64,000 nt of DNA, from assembly GCF_021869535.1 (NCBI RefSeq), contig NW_026262581.1, positions 86,800,001-86,864,000 of the forward strand. The letters run 5' to 3'. Of this stretch, positions 12,501 to 23,077 are shown piece after piece. This DNA is from Mytilus californianus (Eukaryota). The notes beneath the pieces were generated by a model that saw only the letters and a list, made by a program, of their open reading frames with translations, had not been told where the DNA came from and searched no databases. Numbering within the stretch: position 1 is the first letter of the stretch; every line of letters starts with the position of its first letter. The position numbers and the translations under genes are program-made.

Positions 12501-15500
12501 CAAAGTATGAAGCATCCAGGTCTTCCACCTTCTAAAATATAAAGCTTTTAAGAAGTTAGCTAACGCCGCCGCCGCCGCCGCCGCCGGATCACTATCCCTA
12601 TGTCGAGCTTTCTGCGACAAAAGTCGCAGGCTCGACAAAAAGGAGAGAGTTGAGATTTTGTTTAACCCTGCCACATGTTCATGTGCTTGTTCCAAGTTAG
12701 GACCTCAACATAGGTTGTCTTTTGTTATACCTTAATGTTTTTGCCATTTTGAGAATTGATGGCAGGTCTTTTTTTCTTCTGTTCAATTAATAGATATTCA
12801 CAACCTTCCTAGATTTTGGTGATTAAGGGCTTGACATATTGCATAAACACCTATATGCTGTGGAAGACCATATGATAAATCTATATTTTTGTCTCTTGAT
12901 GTACACATAAAATCCCTCTTTATTCATAATAAATTTATATTATTTTTTTTTTTAATTTATATTAAGAAAATGAACAAGGAGAATATGTGTTCTTACTATA
13001 TATAAATGTCAATTTTTTTTCTTCAAGTTTCATAAAGATATTGATAATTTTTATCTCGAGGACATTTATACCACTTAACAGAACTTGCTTAATTGATTTA
13101 TTGCTTTAAATGTTTCTTTGTGCATATGCATGAAACATAGGGTTAAACATATTTGGCAGATGGATAAGTCACAAGTTTTACAACTTAGTAATGTCTTATT
13201 ACTGCTTTTTGTTTAATTTCATAAACAATTATTGTATCTTTTGCTGTTCCCACAAAATAGTTTTAATAAACTATCTACTCAGAGGCATTATTTTTTATGT
13301 GATATCAAAATGCTAATTTTAAAGTAAATAATCCAAAATCTCAATTGAACTGATTTAAACAAAATAAATATCTACAAGAAATTAAATGCATGTTCTGGTA
13401 TTAGTATGTAGACTTTATAGTTATCGCTTGGCGGCAAAGGGGAAATAACTATATTTTAGAATTTTTTTGTGACCATTGATGGGCAAATTCCGGATGGATA
13501 TGCTTTATAAGCAATAGTAGGTTAATCACTTGTGATCATGCTTTATAATCAATAGTAGGTTAAATCACTTGTGGTCATGCTTTATTAGCAATAGTAGGTT
13601 AATCACTTGTGGTCATGCTTTATAAGCAATAGAGGGTAAATCACTTGTGGTCATACTTTATAAGCAATAGTAGATTAATCACTTGTGGTCATGCTTTATA
13701 AGCAATAGTAGGTTAATCACTTGTGGTCATGCATTATAAACAATAGTAGGTTAATCACTTGTGGTCATGCTTTATAAGCAATAGTAGGTTGATCACTTGT
13801 GGTCATGCTTTATAAGCAATAGTAGGTTAATAACTTGTGGTCATGCTTTATAAGCAATAGTAGATTAATCACTTGTGGTCATGCTTTATAAGCAATAGTA
13901 GGTTAATCACTTGTGGTCATGCATTATAAACAATAGTAGGTTAATAACTTGTGGTCATGCTTTATAAGCAATAGTAGGTTAATCACTTGTGGTCATGCTT
14001 TATAAGCAATAGTAGGTTAATAACTTGTGGTCATGCTTTATAAGCAATAGTAGGTTAATCACTTGTGGTCATGCTTTATAAGCAATAGTAGGTTAATCAC
14101 TTGTGGTCATGCTTTATAAGCAATAGTAGGTTAATCACTTGTGGTCATGCTTTATAAGCAATAGTAGGTTAATCACTTGTGGTCATGCATTATAAACAAT
14201 AGTAGGTTAATAACTTGTGGTCATGCTTTATAAGCAATAGTAGGTTGATCACTTGTGGTCATGCTTTATAAGCAATAGTAGGTTAATAACTTGTGGTCAT
14301 GCTTTATAAGCAATAGTAGGTTAATCACTTGTGGTCATGCTTTATAAGCAATAGTAGGTTAATCACTTGTGGTCATGCTTTATAAGCAATAGTAGGTTAA
14401 TCACTTGTGGTCATGCTTTATAAGCAATAGTAGGTTAATGACTTGTTAGGACTACAGACATAGCATTGTGAAAAGAATTACAAAGTCAATTGATAATGTA
14501 TAAGTATGTATCACCGAGTAATATTTTACCGTTAAAAATCGTCTTTAAGTAAGCAAGTCTTTATCTGTGGCATTCAAAAAATATTCTATTTTGTACATAC
14601 ATGGTAACTTGCTTAAACATAGCTTATGTTGTTAAGAAAAATGGTGCAAAAACTGCACTATTATAGCATGATTAGTATATGATATTCACTAAGAAAATAT
14701 TTCTGTTTCTTCTGTTTAAGACAGTTCAAGTGGTGACCCAAATTATTTGGAAGCTAATATTTCATTTGATTACAATTAAACAAAGGAAATCTAATTTAAT
14801 TCAATTCATATTGCGGACATATAAAGCTGTTTATCCCATTACCAAGACTAAAATAAAATAAAATAAAAATAAGTGATAAGGCTATATATTACATGTAAAT
14901 GACAAAAAAAAAGCTATGCAACAAATGAAAATAAATTTTATTATATGCCACAAGTTGGCCCACAACCTTTGTAACTGATTGTTTCTCATATCATATAGGA
15001 AAATAGTTACCTGGCAAGCTTCTAAATGACCTGCAAATGCTGATCTGTATAATGGAGTTCTTTTGAACTGTCCCTGTGTGTTTGGGTTAGCTCCCCTATC
15101 AAGTAGTAATTTAATAGTGTCTGCATTACCACCATCTAAAACAAAGTCATTGATTTCAATATAATTCATTGATTATTCAATCTCTCTGCAAAAATTTTGA
15201 TCATGGTTTGAGTAAATATTTATGTTAGTGCATCATATCTTAAAATACCAGCCTGCCCAAGAAAAGGTTTATAATCTAATAATAATTTCATATGTAAATT
15301 TAGCTTATGATAAAAAAATTGATTAGTTTTGTGTGTTAAGGGTTTACCGCTGTTACAGGGGATCTCTATATAATTTTTTATGTGTTCTATATTGCTGAAT
15401 TTATCTTATTCTTTTTTAATCATGCAGTAACAACAATTAATATTCTCAACTAAGAATGAGATAATTTTGACTTTTTCAGAAGTTAGACAGTTAAAGGAAG

Positions 15501-18500
15501 CTTTTTTGATAAAGTAGATAACAAAAAAATATTCCATAATTATCTTGAAAATAATTTTTCATTAGAAACTGATAACATCTTATGTACATTTGTACGTAAA
15601 CTCTTACTTACTATGTAACCTATTATGTGGTAACACAAATTTTCATAATTTTCTATATTACAAAAGATTATTTTCAAAAATACTATAAAACAATAAATAT
15701 AGGTAAGCTTTAAAAAAAATAGATAAGATTTTATCAATTTTTAAAAATTAACAAATTTTGGGACTGCTAAAATGGAGATAAAAAGAAATTACTTGCTGCC
15801 TCTGATATAGGTGTATTTTCATTAGCATCTTCACATTCCACCATAGCCAACAAATGTCTGTCTCGTAAGTTTTTACCTATCACATCATTTCCTATGTTAT
15901 TCTTATCATCCAATTCCTTTACCTGTAAAGTTAAAACGGAAGTCAATGTCATGCATTCAAAATATGACCTGACTATAGTATAAATTTGGTCAAAATACAA
16001 TATGAATTGCATGTGTGAGAATGCTAAAACATCAATTTTCAAATGATTTATGATTCCAAGGGGAATAAATCCCATAGAAAAAACTGATTGTCAATGGTTT
16101 TCAAACTCAAAAGATATATTGTTGATATCATCTTTTAAATTTTTTTTATCAAAATCTATCACAAATTACAAGGGTGAGAGGTATTGCAGTAAGTGGAATA
16201 TATACATCAACAACACAGCAACACAATGACAAAAATAACCAAAAGATTCCTAGTGCAGTTGTCCCTATCTATAAACTGCAACACAATGACAAAAATAATC
16301 AAAAGACATCTAGTGCAGTTGTCCCTACCTATAAACTACAACACAATGACAAAAATAACCAAAAGACATCTAGTGCAGTTGTCCCTATCTATAAACTGCA
16401 ACACAATGACAAAAATAATCAAAAGACATCTTGTGCAGTTGTCCCTACCTATAAACTACAACACAATGACAAAAATAACCAAAAGACATCTAGTGCAGTT
16501 GTCCCTATCTATAAACTGCAACACAATGACAAAAATAATCAAAAGACATCTAGTGCAGTTGTCCCTACCTATAAACTACAACACAATGACAAAAATAACC
16601 AAAAGACATCTAGTGCAGTTGTCCCTATCTATAAACTGCAACACAATGACAAAAATAACCAAAAGACATCTAGTGCAGTTGTCCCTATCTATACACTACA
16701 ACACAATGACAAAAATAACCAAAAGACATCTAGTGCAGTTGTCCCTATCTATAAACTGCAACACAATGCCAAAAATAACCAAAAGACATCTAATGCAAAT
16801 GCCCCTATCTATACACTACAACACAATGACAAAAATAACCCCCAAAAGACATCTAGTGCAGTTGTCCCTATCTATAAACTGCAACACAATGACAAAAATA
16901 ACCAAAAGACATCTATTGCAGTTGTCCCTATCTATAAACTGCAACACAATGACAAAAATAGCCAAAAGACATCTAGTAAAGTTGTCCCTATCTATAAACT
17001 GCAACACAATGACAAAAATAACCAAAAGACATCTAGTGCAGTTGTCCCTATCTATAAACTGCAACACAATGACAAAAATAGCCAAAAGACATCTAGTAAA
17101 GTTGTCCCTATCTATAAACTGCAACACAATGACAAAAATAGCCAAAAGACATCTAGTGCAGTTGTCCCTATCTATACACTACAACACAATGACAAAAATA
17201 ACCAAAAGACATCTAATGCAAATGCCCCTATCTATACACTACAACACAATGACAAAAATAACCCCCAAAAGACATCTAGTGCAGTTGTCCCTATCTATAA
17301 ACTGCAACACAATGACAAAAATAACCAAAAGACATCTAGTGCAGTTGTCCCTATCTATAAACTGCAACACAATGACAAAAAATAGCCAAAAGACATCTAG
17401 TGCAGTTGTCCCTATCTATAAACTGCAACACAATGACAAAAATAACCAAAAGACATCTAATGCAAATGCCCCTATCTATACACTACAACACAATGACAAA
17501 AATAGCCAAAAGACATCTAGTGCAGTTGTCCCTATCTATAAACTGCAACACAATGACAAAAATAGCCAAAAGACATCTAGTGCAGTTGTCCCTATCTATA
17601 AACTGCAACACAATGACAAAAATAACCAAAAGACATCTAATGCAAATGCCCCTATCTATACACTACAACACAATGACAAAAATAGCCAAAAGACATCTAG
17701 TGCAGTTGTCCCTATCTATAAACTGCAACACAATGACAAAAATAACCAAAAGACATCTTATGCAAATGCCCCTATCTATACACTACAACACAATGAAAAA
17801 AATAATCAAAAGACATCTAGTGCAGTTGTCCCTATCTATAAACTGCAACACAATGACAAAATAACCAAAAGACACCTAGTGCAGTTGTCCCTATCCATAA
17901 ACTGCAACACAATGACAAAAATAACCAAAAGACATCTAATGCAGTTGTCCCTATCTATAAACTGCAACACAATGACAAAAATAACCAAAAGACATCTAGT
18001 GCAGTTGCCCTTATCTATAAACTTTCAAATTCCAATTTAAATAGTTTGTATTACACAATATCTTTCATAAATTGGCCGAAACGTACTTCTTTAAGTATTT
18101 GTAAAATTTCTTCATTATCTCCATCAAAAGCTGCTTCCAACATTCTTTTCTTCCGTTTTATTTCTTCTGCCCTTCTCCTTCTTTCTCCTTCTTCTTTCTT
18201 TCTATCTTTCTCTGCTTGTTCTTGTTCCATCTGTACCAGTTTCAGAAATGCCTGAAAACAAAATTTGTAAATTATAAAGACATGTTTGTTATTATGCATT
18301 AAATGCTAAGACTCCAAATTTATCTGCTGCAGTCCTTCTGCGCCCAATGTATTTTTGAGATATTCCATTTGTGCCAAATTTTATTTTTGAAATGTATCAA
18401 TTGTGACATAATTTAGAATTCATTTTACGCAAATTACCAACATGTATGAATTAAGACCATTTTTGAAATGTATCAATTGTGACATAATTTAGAATTCATT

Positions 18501-21500
18501 TTACGCAAATTACCCACATGTATGAATTAAGACCTATCGTATAAATGTCTTTTTTTTTGTGTCCTTGCGTAGCTCGGAGACTCATTGACATACATGTACA
18601 TATGTATATATCAAAACTCCTTTTATTCATATTTCAAACCAAAGACATATCCATTCTAATAAAGATTGTATTTACATGTATAAACTCTGTAGGATTTACA
18701 AATGTGCAGCCATCTCTAAGCTGATTTGGGTACATTAAACAAAAATCTAAATTAATATGTAGTATATTGATGATGTGGGGAATACATCAATGAGACAGGA
18801 ACCTAAAAACATAAATAACTGAAAGACATCTCGATGGCAATATACAGTCTTTAAAACGGCAGGTTGGACCATGCCCAATGATATGAATACACAAAATCTC
18901 TTGACATTACTCTTAGTGTGGGGTTTCTGTTCAGCTGTGCCTGATGTAATTGTACACAGCCATCCACATTTGGCTGTGCAAATACAGAGCCATACCTTGG
19001 AATTACTCCAAGACACATCATAAATTGGAACTACATTAGTAAAATGACTGTAATACATATTGGTAGTCCGAGATTACTCTGATGTCACACGGCCTAGGAT
19101 TTTGTATGAGTTGTTTTGGCCATGGACCTTATAATCTTATAAAAGGCTGTCAGAGCAATCTCAGAAATCACAAGTAGGAGGTTTGGCATGCTTAAAATGG
19201 TTATACCTACCTCTTTCATTTGAATTTACTATAACAGTCAATCACAGATTGTTCCCAGTGATTTAAAAAAAAAACTAGTCAGTAAAATAAATATGACACT
19301 GATTTTTTAGAATATACTTTGAAATTTGGTACATTTTTTATACCCTATTCTTATGTATTGTCTTTCAAATAAAAAAAAAATTTTAGGTCTCCAATATCAA
19401 ATTTTACAATTATTTAAAGAATTTAAAACATTTTCACAAATTTCAATAAAATCAAACTGAAATTCAGGTCTATATATTGTTGTTGAAGGCATATATGATT
19501 GATTTGTGATTGATTTATGACGCTGACTCTTCGAGTGAAACAAATACAGGGGAAATTGCCTGTTACCTCATGTTCTAATTTATTCATAAGTTCTTCATAG
19601 TCCATCTTTTCTTTTTTCTTCTTTTCAAGTATCTTCTTTGCTCTGAATTGTCTGTATTTGGTCTGTATAGTCCTGGCAGCATCATCTTGTTTGGTCCAGA
19701 CTTTCTCTTTTGGCTTCGTAGGTACATTACCTTTGGATGGTGCAGCTCCTGGTTTTTTGGCACCTATGAATATGAAATATAGCATCAATAATAGATCTAG
19801 AGATTCTCTCATCTCACCTATCCACTTCTAATAAGCTTTAACTGTATTCAAAATGGCTATGATAAACACATGTGGATGGTTGATTATCATAAATTGTACA
19901 AATAAAAAAAATACAGCTTGGTTTAACTTTTATCAGAAATGCTAGAATTTAGAGTTTTAAATTGTCAAAATAACATGAAAATAAACTCTGATTACAAATT
20001 TAGGAGAATGAAAAAATTACAATTTCCCTAATCTGACTGGAATTTAGATTTCTGATCACGGTGTCTTATCTTGTAACTTTGACGTTAAAATTCACTTACT
20101 GGTATTAAAGTGACAATATTTCCAAGATTTACATGTAATGTAGTTTCTTAATCTTTAAGGGCTAAGGTTAGGGAAAAGCTGGACTAATAATCTAGTCTTA
20201 AAGTCTTAAAGTCTTAAACTACTTTTTATAAGAAAAAAAAACACCTTAATGACCAATTTAAACTAAAAAAAATCTCAAACATAACACAATGAATGATTGA
20301 TCCTTCACATCATTTTACCTTTAACATGTTTAATTATCAAATGATAATCTGCTTTTTTCATGAAAAAATTCAAAGTTGTTTTTTTTCTGAAGATTTGTGA
20401 ATGGCAATACTGGTATACCAGTATTATCTACAATTCCAGAATAAAATTTTGTTCCAGTATTGTAAAAAAGATTAAAAAAATAATACAACACTGGTATACC
20501 ACTGGATTTTAACTGAAAGGAGAATTGATCCTGTAGATATATATGCCGGATACAAAATAACTCTTATCTGTCCTATACCAGATAACTTTTGTCCTCCAGA
20601 TGCTGGATCTATATAAATTAGGTTTTAACTATTTATCCATCATTTTGCCTCTGAAGAAGGTCCATGAAGGAAAGAACCCGGTCAGGCTATGAATCATCAC
20701 CAGGCATCGTTAATTATGTCTTTTTGCATATCCTATATTTTATATGCTACATATTTCTTTCCGATTATTCACATAATTAATATGGCTTCCAAGAGTAAAA
20801 GTTCCATTTGGAGCTACTGTGTTTAGAGACCTCTTATGTTGGTATATAATTACTATATTACTCATAAACACTGTGTTTTGAGGGTAAATCTATGTACCCC
20901 AGAGAGAGCATCCTAAGGTAACAATTTATGAAAGCCAAATAGCCAATTGTACAAAGTGTTAATTCAGATTTCAGATATTTATATTGTCTGAAATGAAATC
21001 CTTATTAGCATTAAATCTTTTTATTTTTAGATTTGAAAATAATTTCTTAAAGATAATAACATAGCCTGACCAGGTTATGTCCTTCATAGACCTTCTTCAA
21101 AGGCCGTCCTTCTGTTTGTATGTCCATCCGTCAGTCCAACACATTATTTTCTTCATCCTTGCAGATATTCATTTGATATTTGGTATATAGTTTTTCATCA
21201 TGACCAGTTACAGATCAAGTTTGAATTTTGTTCCAGTTTGATGATTTTGTGCAGAGTTATGGTCCTTGGACTTCTAAAATTCATGCAAATAATCAGTTTT
21301 CTGCACTTTTTATCTTCATGCTTGAAGATATTGATTTGATATTTGTTATTTAGTTTACACCATAAAAAGTTAGATCAAGTTAGCATTTTGTTCCAGTACA
21401 ATGAATTTAACTGATATGGGACTATGTATTCAATGCCATGCAATACTCTCAGAATGCATTTAATGCCCCTGCCGTAGTGGAGGGGGCATTAAGTTTTACC

Positions 21501-22774
21501 CTTGTCCGTCTATACGTCCGTCCGTCGGTCCCAAAATTGGTTTCCGTTCTCTAACTTCAGTTTGCCTCAACCAAATGTTATGAAACTTATACACAATGCT
21601 TATTACCAAAAAACACAGATCAAGTTTGAATTTTGGTGGCTTCACTTTTACTGTTCTAGAGTTATGCCCTTTTACAAATGGAAAAATTGCTAAATTTTTC
21701 GTTTCTGTTCTCTAACTTTAGTTTGCCTCATCCAAATGTTATGAAACTTATACACAATGCTTATTACCACAAAACACAGATCAAATTTGAATTTGTGTAG
21801 CGTCACTTTTACCATTCTAGAGTTATGCCCCTTTACAAATGGAAAAATTGCTGAATTTTTTCGTTTCCGTTCTCTAACTTTAGTTTGCCTCAAACAAATG
21901 TTATGAAACTTATGTGCAATGTTTATTACCACAAAACACAGATCAAATTTGAATTTTGGTGGCCTCACTTTTACTGTTATTGAGTTATGCCCCTTTACAA
22001 ACGGAAAAATTGCTGAATTTTTCGTTTTTGTTTTCTAACTTAAGTTTGCCTCAAGTAAATGTTATGAAACTTATACACAATGCTTATTACAACAAAACTC
22101 AGATCAAGTACAAATTTGGGTAGTGTCACTTTTACCGTTCTTAAGTTATGTACCTTTATAACTTTATATGCAAGCGGGGACATCATCTGTGTCCCATGGA
22201 CACAATCCCCATTTATTTTTTAATCTTTTTTAAATACCAGAATACTGGAACACAATTTTATTCCAGAATGGTAGACACAACGGTATTCCAGTATTGTTAT
22301 CATCAAGTACAGGAGACATGAAACTCATATGTGATCATTTATAATTATTCAAATAGTCTAAACTTCCTTTTAAAACTTTGTCTGTGTTGACATTATAGAT
22401 GATCCAAGTAGACTTATTAGTCGGTCTGAGTTGACTCGGTCCTAGTTGTTTCTGGTGTCAAGTAGTCTCCAGGGCCGAGTTGTCCATTATTCACTTGGAG
22501 TACAATTGGGAATTTCTTGCATAGTTAGGACAAGGATTTGTATAGTGACTTACTATACAAATCCTTGGCTATGATTACGGTTATATTGGAAACAATATTA
22601 TTGCATGGATTATATTGGAAACAATATTATTGCGTATATTAAAACTGTACCTGTTGCAGGTGCACCTGAGACTTTCTTTCCAGGTGTAACTTTTGCCGGA
22701 GTCCCCTTTGCAGGTGTTGATTTCACTGGTGCTCTTGCAGGGGCTTTTGTTACTGGTGGTTTCTTTGGAGGCAT
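469..22774 (-). CDS. IQANK1: IQ motif and ankyrin repeat domain-containing protein 1-like; 13 coding exons in window, 3' end beyond the left edge
   Basis: Exons 22651-22774, 19567-19763, 18087-18251, 15793-15922, 15011-15135, 7837-7899, 6988-7127, 5928-5982, 5493-5585, 4281-4395, 3727-3829, 2697-2831 and 469-597 all have GT-AG borders and compatible phases (1574 nt, no stops). The product has a Pro/Lys-rich N-terminus, an IQ motif (ARTIQTKYRQFRAKK), ankyrin repeats (NTPISEAANGGNADTIKLLLDRGAN, RTPLYRSAFAGHLEACQMLLQNGAD), a coiled coil (AYCELEKRISEHD) and C-terminal [21 protein letters not shown], matching the IQANK1 architecture. Confidence 0.88.
1014..2003. mobile_element. GGATCC-type MITE hosting a HINE
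   Basis: Ends cagatgtggatcc...aaatccacctcag flanked by the direct repeat gatag (1009-1013, 2004-2008); related copies at 4202-4257 and 55190-55352. Confidence 0.55.
1084..1930. mobile_element. Helentron-associated non-autonomous element (HINE/DINE-1/pearl-like)
   Basis: Subterminal inverted repeat atacgcccgtc/gacgggcgtat, 3' hairpin, (GACA/GACG)n microsatellite, about 155-bp internal tandem units. Confidence 0.75.
2697..2831 (-). CDS. IQANK1: IQANK1-like exon 12
   Basis: tttccag acceptor, AG|gtaaat donor; [26 protein letters not shown]. Confidence 0.92.
3149..3510. repeat. About 181-bp tandem duplication inside a probable MITE (about 2893-3712)
   Basis: ttttccaccaa...atgaaaacggatg unit repeated at 3149 and 3329. 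Confidence 0.7.
3727..3829 (-). CDS. IQANK1: IQANK1-like exon 11
   Basis: tttttag acceptor, AA|gtaagt donor; LPGLKVLVKELDDVLFRDVGNKIKDSG. Confidence 0.9.
4281..4395 (-). CDS. IQANK1: IQANK1-like exon 10
   Basis: aactag acceptor, G|gtgaga donor; AIQDAETEVE...AKLKLREQ. Confidence 0.88.
4484..4798. mobile_element. Short HINE/pearl-like element
   Basis: aacaagaatgtgtcc start, atgcccc/ggggcat inverted repeat, (GACA)(GACG)n tract, terminal hairpin. Confidence 0.75.
5493..5585 (-). CDS. IQANK1: IQANK1-like exon 9
   Basis: tatttcag acceptor, CAG|gtaggc donor; LNHAYCELEKRISEHD. Confidence 0.9.
5928..5982 (-). CDS. IQANK1: IQANK1-like exon 8
   Basis: tttttag acceptor, CAG|gttgat donor; bridges phase 2 to phase 0 (LEKQVEITQQEYDVMQKQ). 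Confidence 0.82.
6490..6905. repeat. 48-bp minisatellite (about 8 copies)
   Basis: Unit ctgattcatagttctcacatgaagcttgatgtcaaatttcaggaag(at/ct); the ORF track shows a 16-aa period. Confidence 0.9.
6988..7127 (-). CDS. IQANK1: IQANK1-like exon 7
   Basis: ctttcag acceptor, AT|gttagt donor; LLKEWDISQTEVLLEKLE. Confidence 0.88.
7138..7511. repeat. 36-38-bp minisatellite (about 10 copies) abutting the IQANK1 exon 7 acceptor
   Basis: Unit aaataaat(aa)actcagtacaccaaccagcaagggccta. Confidence 0.9.
7837..7899 (-). CDS. IQANK1: IQANK1-like exon 6
   Basis: attttag acceptor, CAG|gtatgt donor; MLLQNGADPRIYASDGQNPEQ completes the ankyrin repeat. Confidence 0.9.
8818..10166. mobile_element. HINE-like element with internal gaggtcaaggtca tandem units
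   Basis: aacaagagtgcaca start, terminal hairpin gagctttctgc...gcaggctc, 130-160-bp internal repeats. Confidence 0.75.
11136..12641. mobile_element. Second copy of the same HINE-like family
   Basis: Same start, (GCC)n tract and terminal hairpin tgtcgagctttctgcgacaaaagtcgcaggctcgaca. Confidence 0.8.
13500..14445. repeat. 38-bp minisatellite (about 24 copies)
   Basis: Unit ttataagcaatagtaggttaatcacttgtggtcatgct. Confidence 0.95.
15011..15135 (-). CDS. IQANK1: IQANK1-like exon 5 (ankyrin repeats)
   Basis: ttttag acceptor, CAG|gtaact donor; GGNADTIKLLLDRGANPNTQGQFKRTPLYRSAFAGHLEACQ. Confidence 0.92.
15793..15922 (-). CDS. IQANK1: IQANK1-like exon 4
   Basis: tttacag acceptor, A|gtaatt donor; VECEDANENTPISEAA (start of an ankyrin repeat). 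Confidence 0.9.
16200..18025. repeat. 60-bp minisatellite (about 30 copies) in IQANK1 intron 3
   Basis: Unit caacacaatgacaaaaataaccaaaagacatctagtgcagttgtccctatctataaactg. Confidence 0.95.
18087..18251 (-). CDS. IQANK1: IQANK1-like exon 3
   Basis: ttttcag acceptor, GAA|gtacgt donor; AFLKLVQMEQ...MLEAAFDGDNEEILQILKE. Confidence 0.9.
18385..18534. repeat. About 75-bp tandem duplication
   Basis: ttttgaaatgtatcaattgtgacataatttag...gaattaagacc twice. Confidence 0.8.
19567..19763 (-). CDS. IQANK1: IQANK1-like exon 2 (IQ motif)
   Basis: ttcatag acceptor, GAG|gtaaca donor; AARTIQTKYRQFRAKK. Confidence 0.9.
20647..21458. mobile_element. HINE-like element headed by a 45-bp-arm inverted repeat (20647-20691 / 21060-21104)
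   Basis: gcctctgaagaaggtccatgaagg...tcaggctatg is the near reverse complement of catagcctgacc...ccttcttcaaaggc; followed by a degenerate ccgtc tract. Confidence 0.55.
21459..22216. mobile_element. HINE-like element with about 160-bp internal units
   Basis: taatgccc...gggcatta hairpin, (CCGT)n, four tttccgttctctaac units, end gggacatcatctgtgtccc. Confidence 0.78.
22651..22774 (-). CDS. IQANK1: IQANK1-like coding exon 1 (MPPKKPPVTK...GAPAT)
   Basis: ATG at 22774; donor G|GTACAG, phase 1. Confidence 0.85.
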
Positions 22775-23007
22775 GATAATATTGACGACTGCAATGAAAT
22801 TGTTAACAAACAATTGGAAAAGCGAAGTTTAGCGGCGGAGGAGTATATCCGCCATGTTGTAAACAAAGCTATCCCGCACTTAGTTATCTCAATTTTTGAA
22901 AAGCGATTGGATAAAAAGAATTTTAACGTAAAAAAAACAAAAACAAGTTCGGAAGGGAAACGCCACTCCGAAAGAGAGGGGAGTACTGATCATTAGCTGG
23001 TGATGAG
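22775..23007. promoter_or_regulatory. Bidirectional promoter and 5' UTRs shared by IQANK1-like (-) and RIMOC1 (+)
   Basis: Only 233 bp lie between the two divergent ATGs. The segment is locally GC/CpG-richer and has a YY1-like CCGCCATGTT (22849-22858) and a forkhead-like GTAAACA (22859-22865). Confidence 0.7.
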
Positions 23008-23077
23008 ATGACAGCACATATCACAGAACGATTGAATCAAATACACAAACTTTGTGATAAGGCATTGATATCAAATG
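23008..23077 (+). CDS. RIMOC1: RIMOC1 exon 1
   Basis: ATG ACA GCA CAT...; G|gtaagt donor, phase 1. Confidence 0.8.

Noticed and set aside
16174-18040. 403-aa and 615-aa ORFs as genes
   Set aside because: Pure 60-bp tandem repeat antisense within an intron; not called as CDS without expression data.
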